Program-made: the position numbers and the translations under genes
Shown here: piece after piece, positions 34,729-34,907 of the stretch
How positions within the stretch are numbered: position 1 is the first letter of the stretch
Layout of the letters: the number at the start of each line of letters is the position of its first letter
Assembly: GCA_002269645.1 (NCBI GenBank)
Contig: NIVC01004796.1
Span: 1-34,907, forward strand
Source of the DNA: Macrostomum lignano
Taxonomy: Eukaryota
Length of the DNA: 34,907 nucleotides
Reading direction: 5' to 3'
Notes under the pieces: model-generated
The model's database searches: none
Seen by the model: only the letters and a program-made list of their open reading frames with translations
What the model was told of the DNA's origin: nothing

Positions 34729-34907
34729 CTGTCAGTCTTGAAGTCCTCAGCCTGGGCAGTTCCATCTGCAGAGCGGGAGAGAACCAGACACGGCAGATTG
34801 CATGGCCAGTTGGCGCAGGTCGGGATGCCGGCTAGCCAGGTGCAGGCAGAGCCGGCGGTACCTGTCCAGTCCGGCCGAGTCCAGCAGGCGACAGGGCGGC
34901 CAGTTGG
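34729..34907 (-). CDS. RRN3: RRN3 exon, partial at the window edge, with an apparent 1-nt frameshift near 34775
   Basis: NWPPCRLLDSAGLDRYRRLCLHLASRHPDLRQLAMQSAV resembles the RRN3 W...Y..F...L.S..P helix. ADGTAQAEDFKTDR and the phase-2 donor AG|gttcgg lie in a different frame. Confidence 0.6.

Noticed and set aside
34862-34863. Phase-compatible donor AG|gtaccg that would avoid the RRN3 frameshift
   Set aside because: It would delete the RRN3-like helix YRRLCLHLASRHP. It is kept only as a possible minor alternative.
1-34907. tRNA, rRNA or other structured RNA genes
   Set aside because: None were recognised by eye. tRNAscan-SE and Infernal would be needed to exclude them.

Overview
Eukaryotic (metazoan) genomic DNA, not prokaryotic. 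It has GT-AG introns, GC-rich Ala/Gly-rich exons and AT-rich introns packed with minisatellites. The style resembles the flatworm Macrostomum, but this is an inference only. Five co-oriented minus-strand genes are visible. From right to left they are: (1) a divergent RRN3/TIF-IA running off the right edge; (2) a ~1950-aa SETD2/Set2-like gene (RS-rich N-terminus, AWS, SET, WW, SRI) whose SET catalytic residues are substituted, so it is a probable pseudo-methyltransferase; (3) XBP1, with a 23-nt dual-hairpin IRE1-type intron and an upstream perfect ERSE plus UPRE; (4) a 3-exon type-II-membrane FkbM-family methyltransferase; (5) an exon encoding an unnamed, invertebrate-type, probably extracellular domain. 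Also present are two decayed RTE-like retrotransposon fragments, a foldback/MITE-like element with ~62-bp inverted repeats, and nine tandem arrays covering about a quarter of the window. All calls come from manual reading and remembered motifs; no database search was run.
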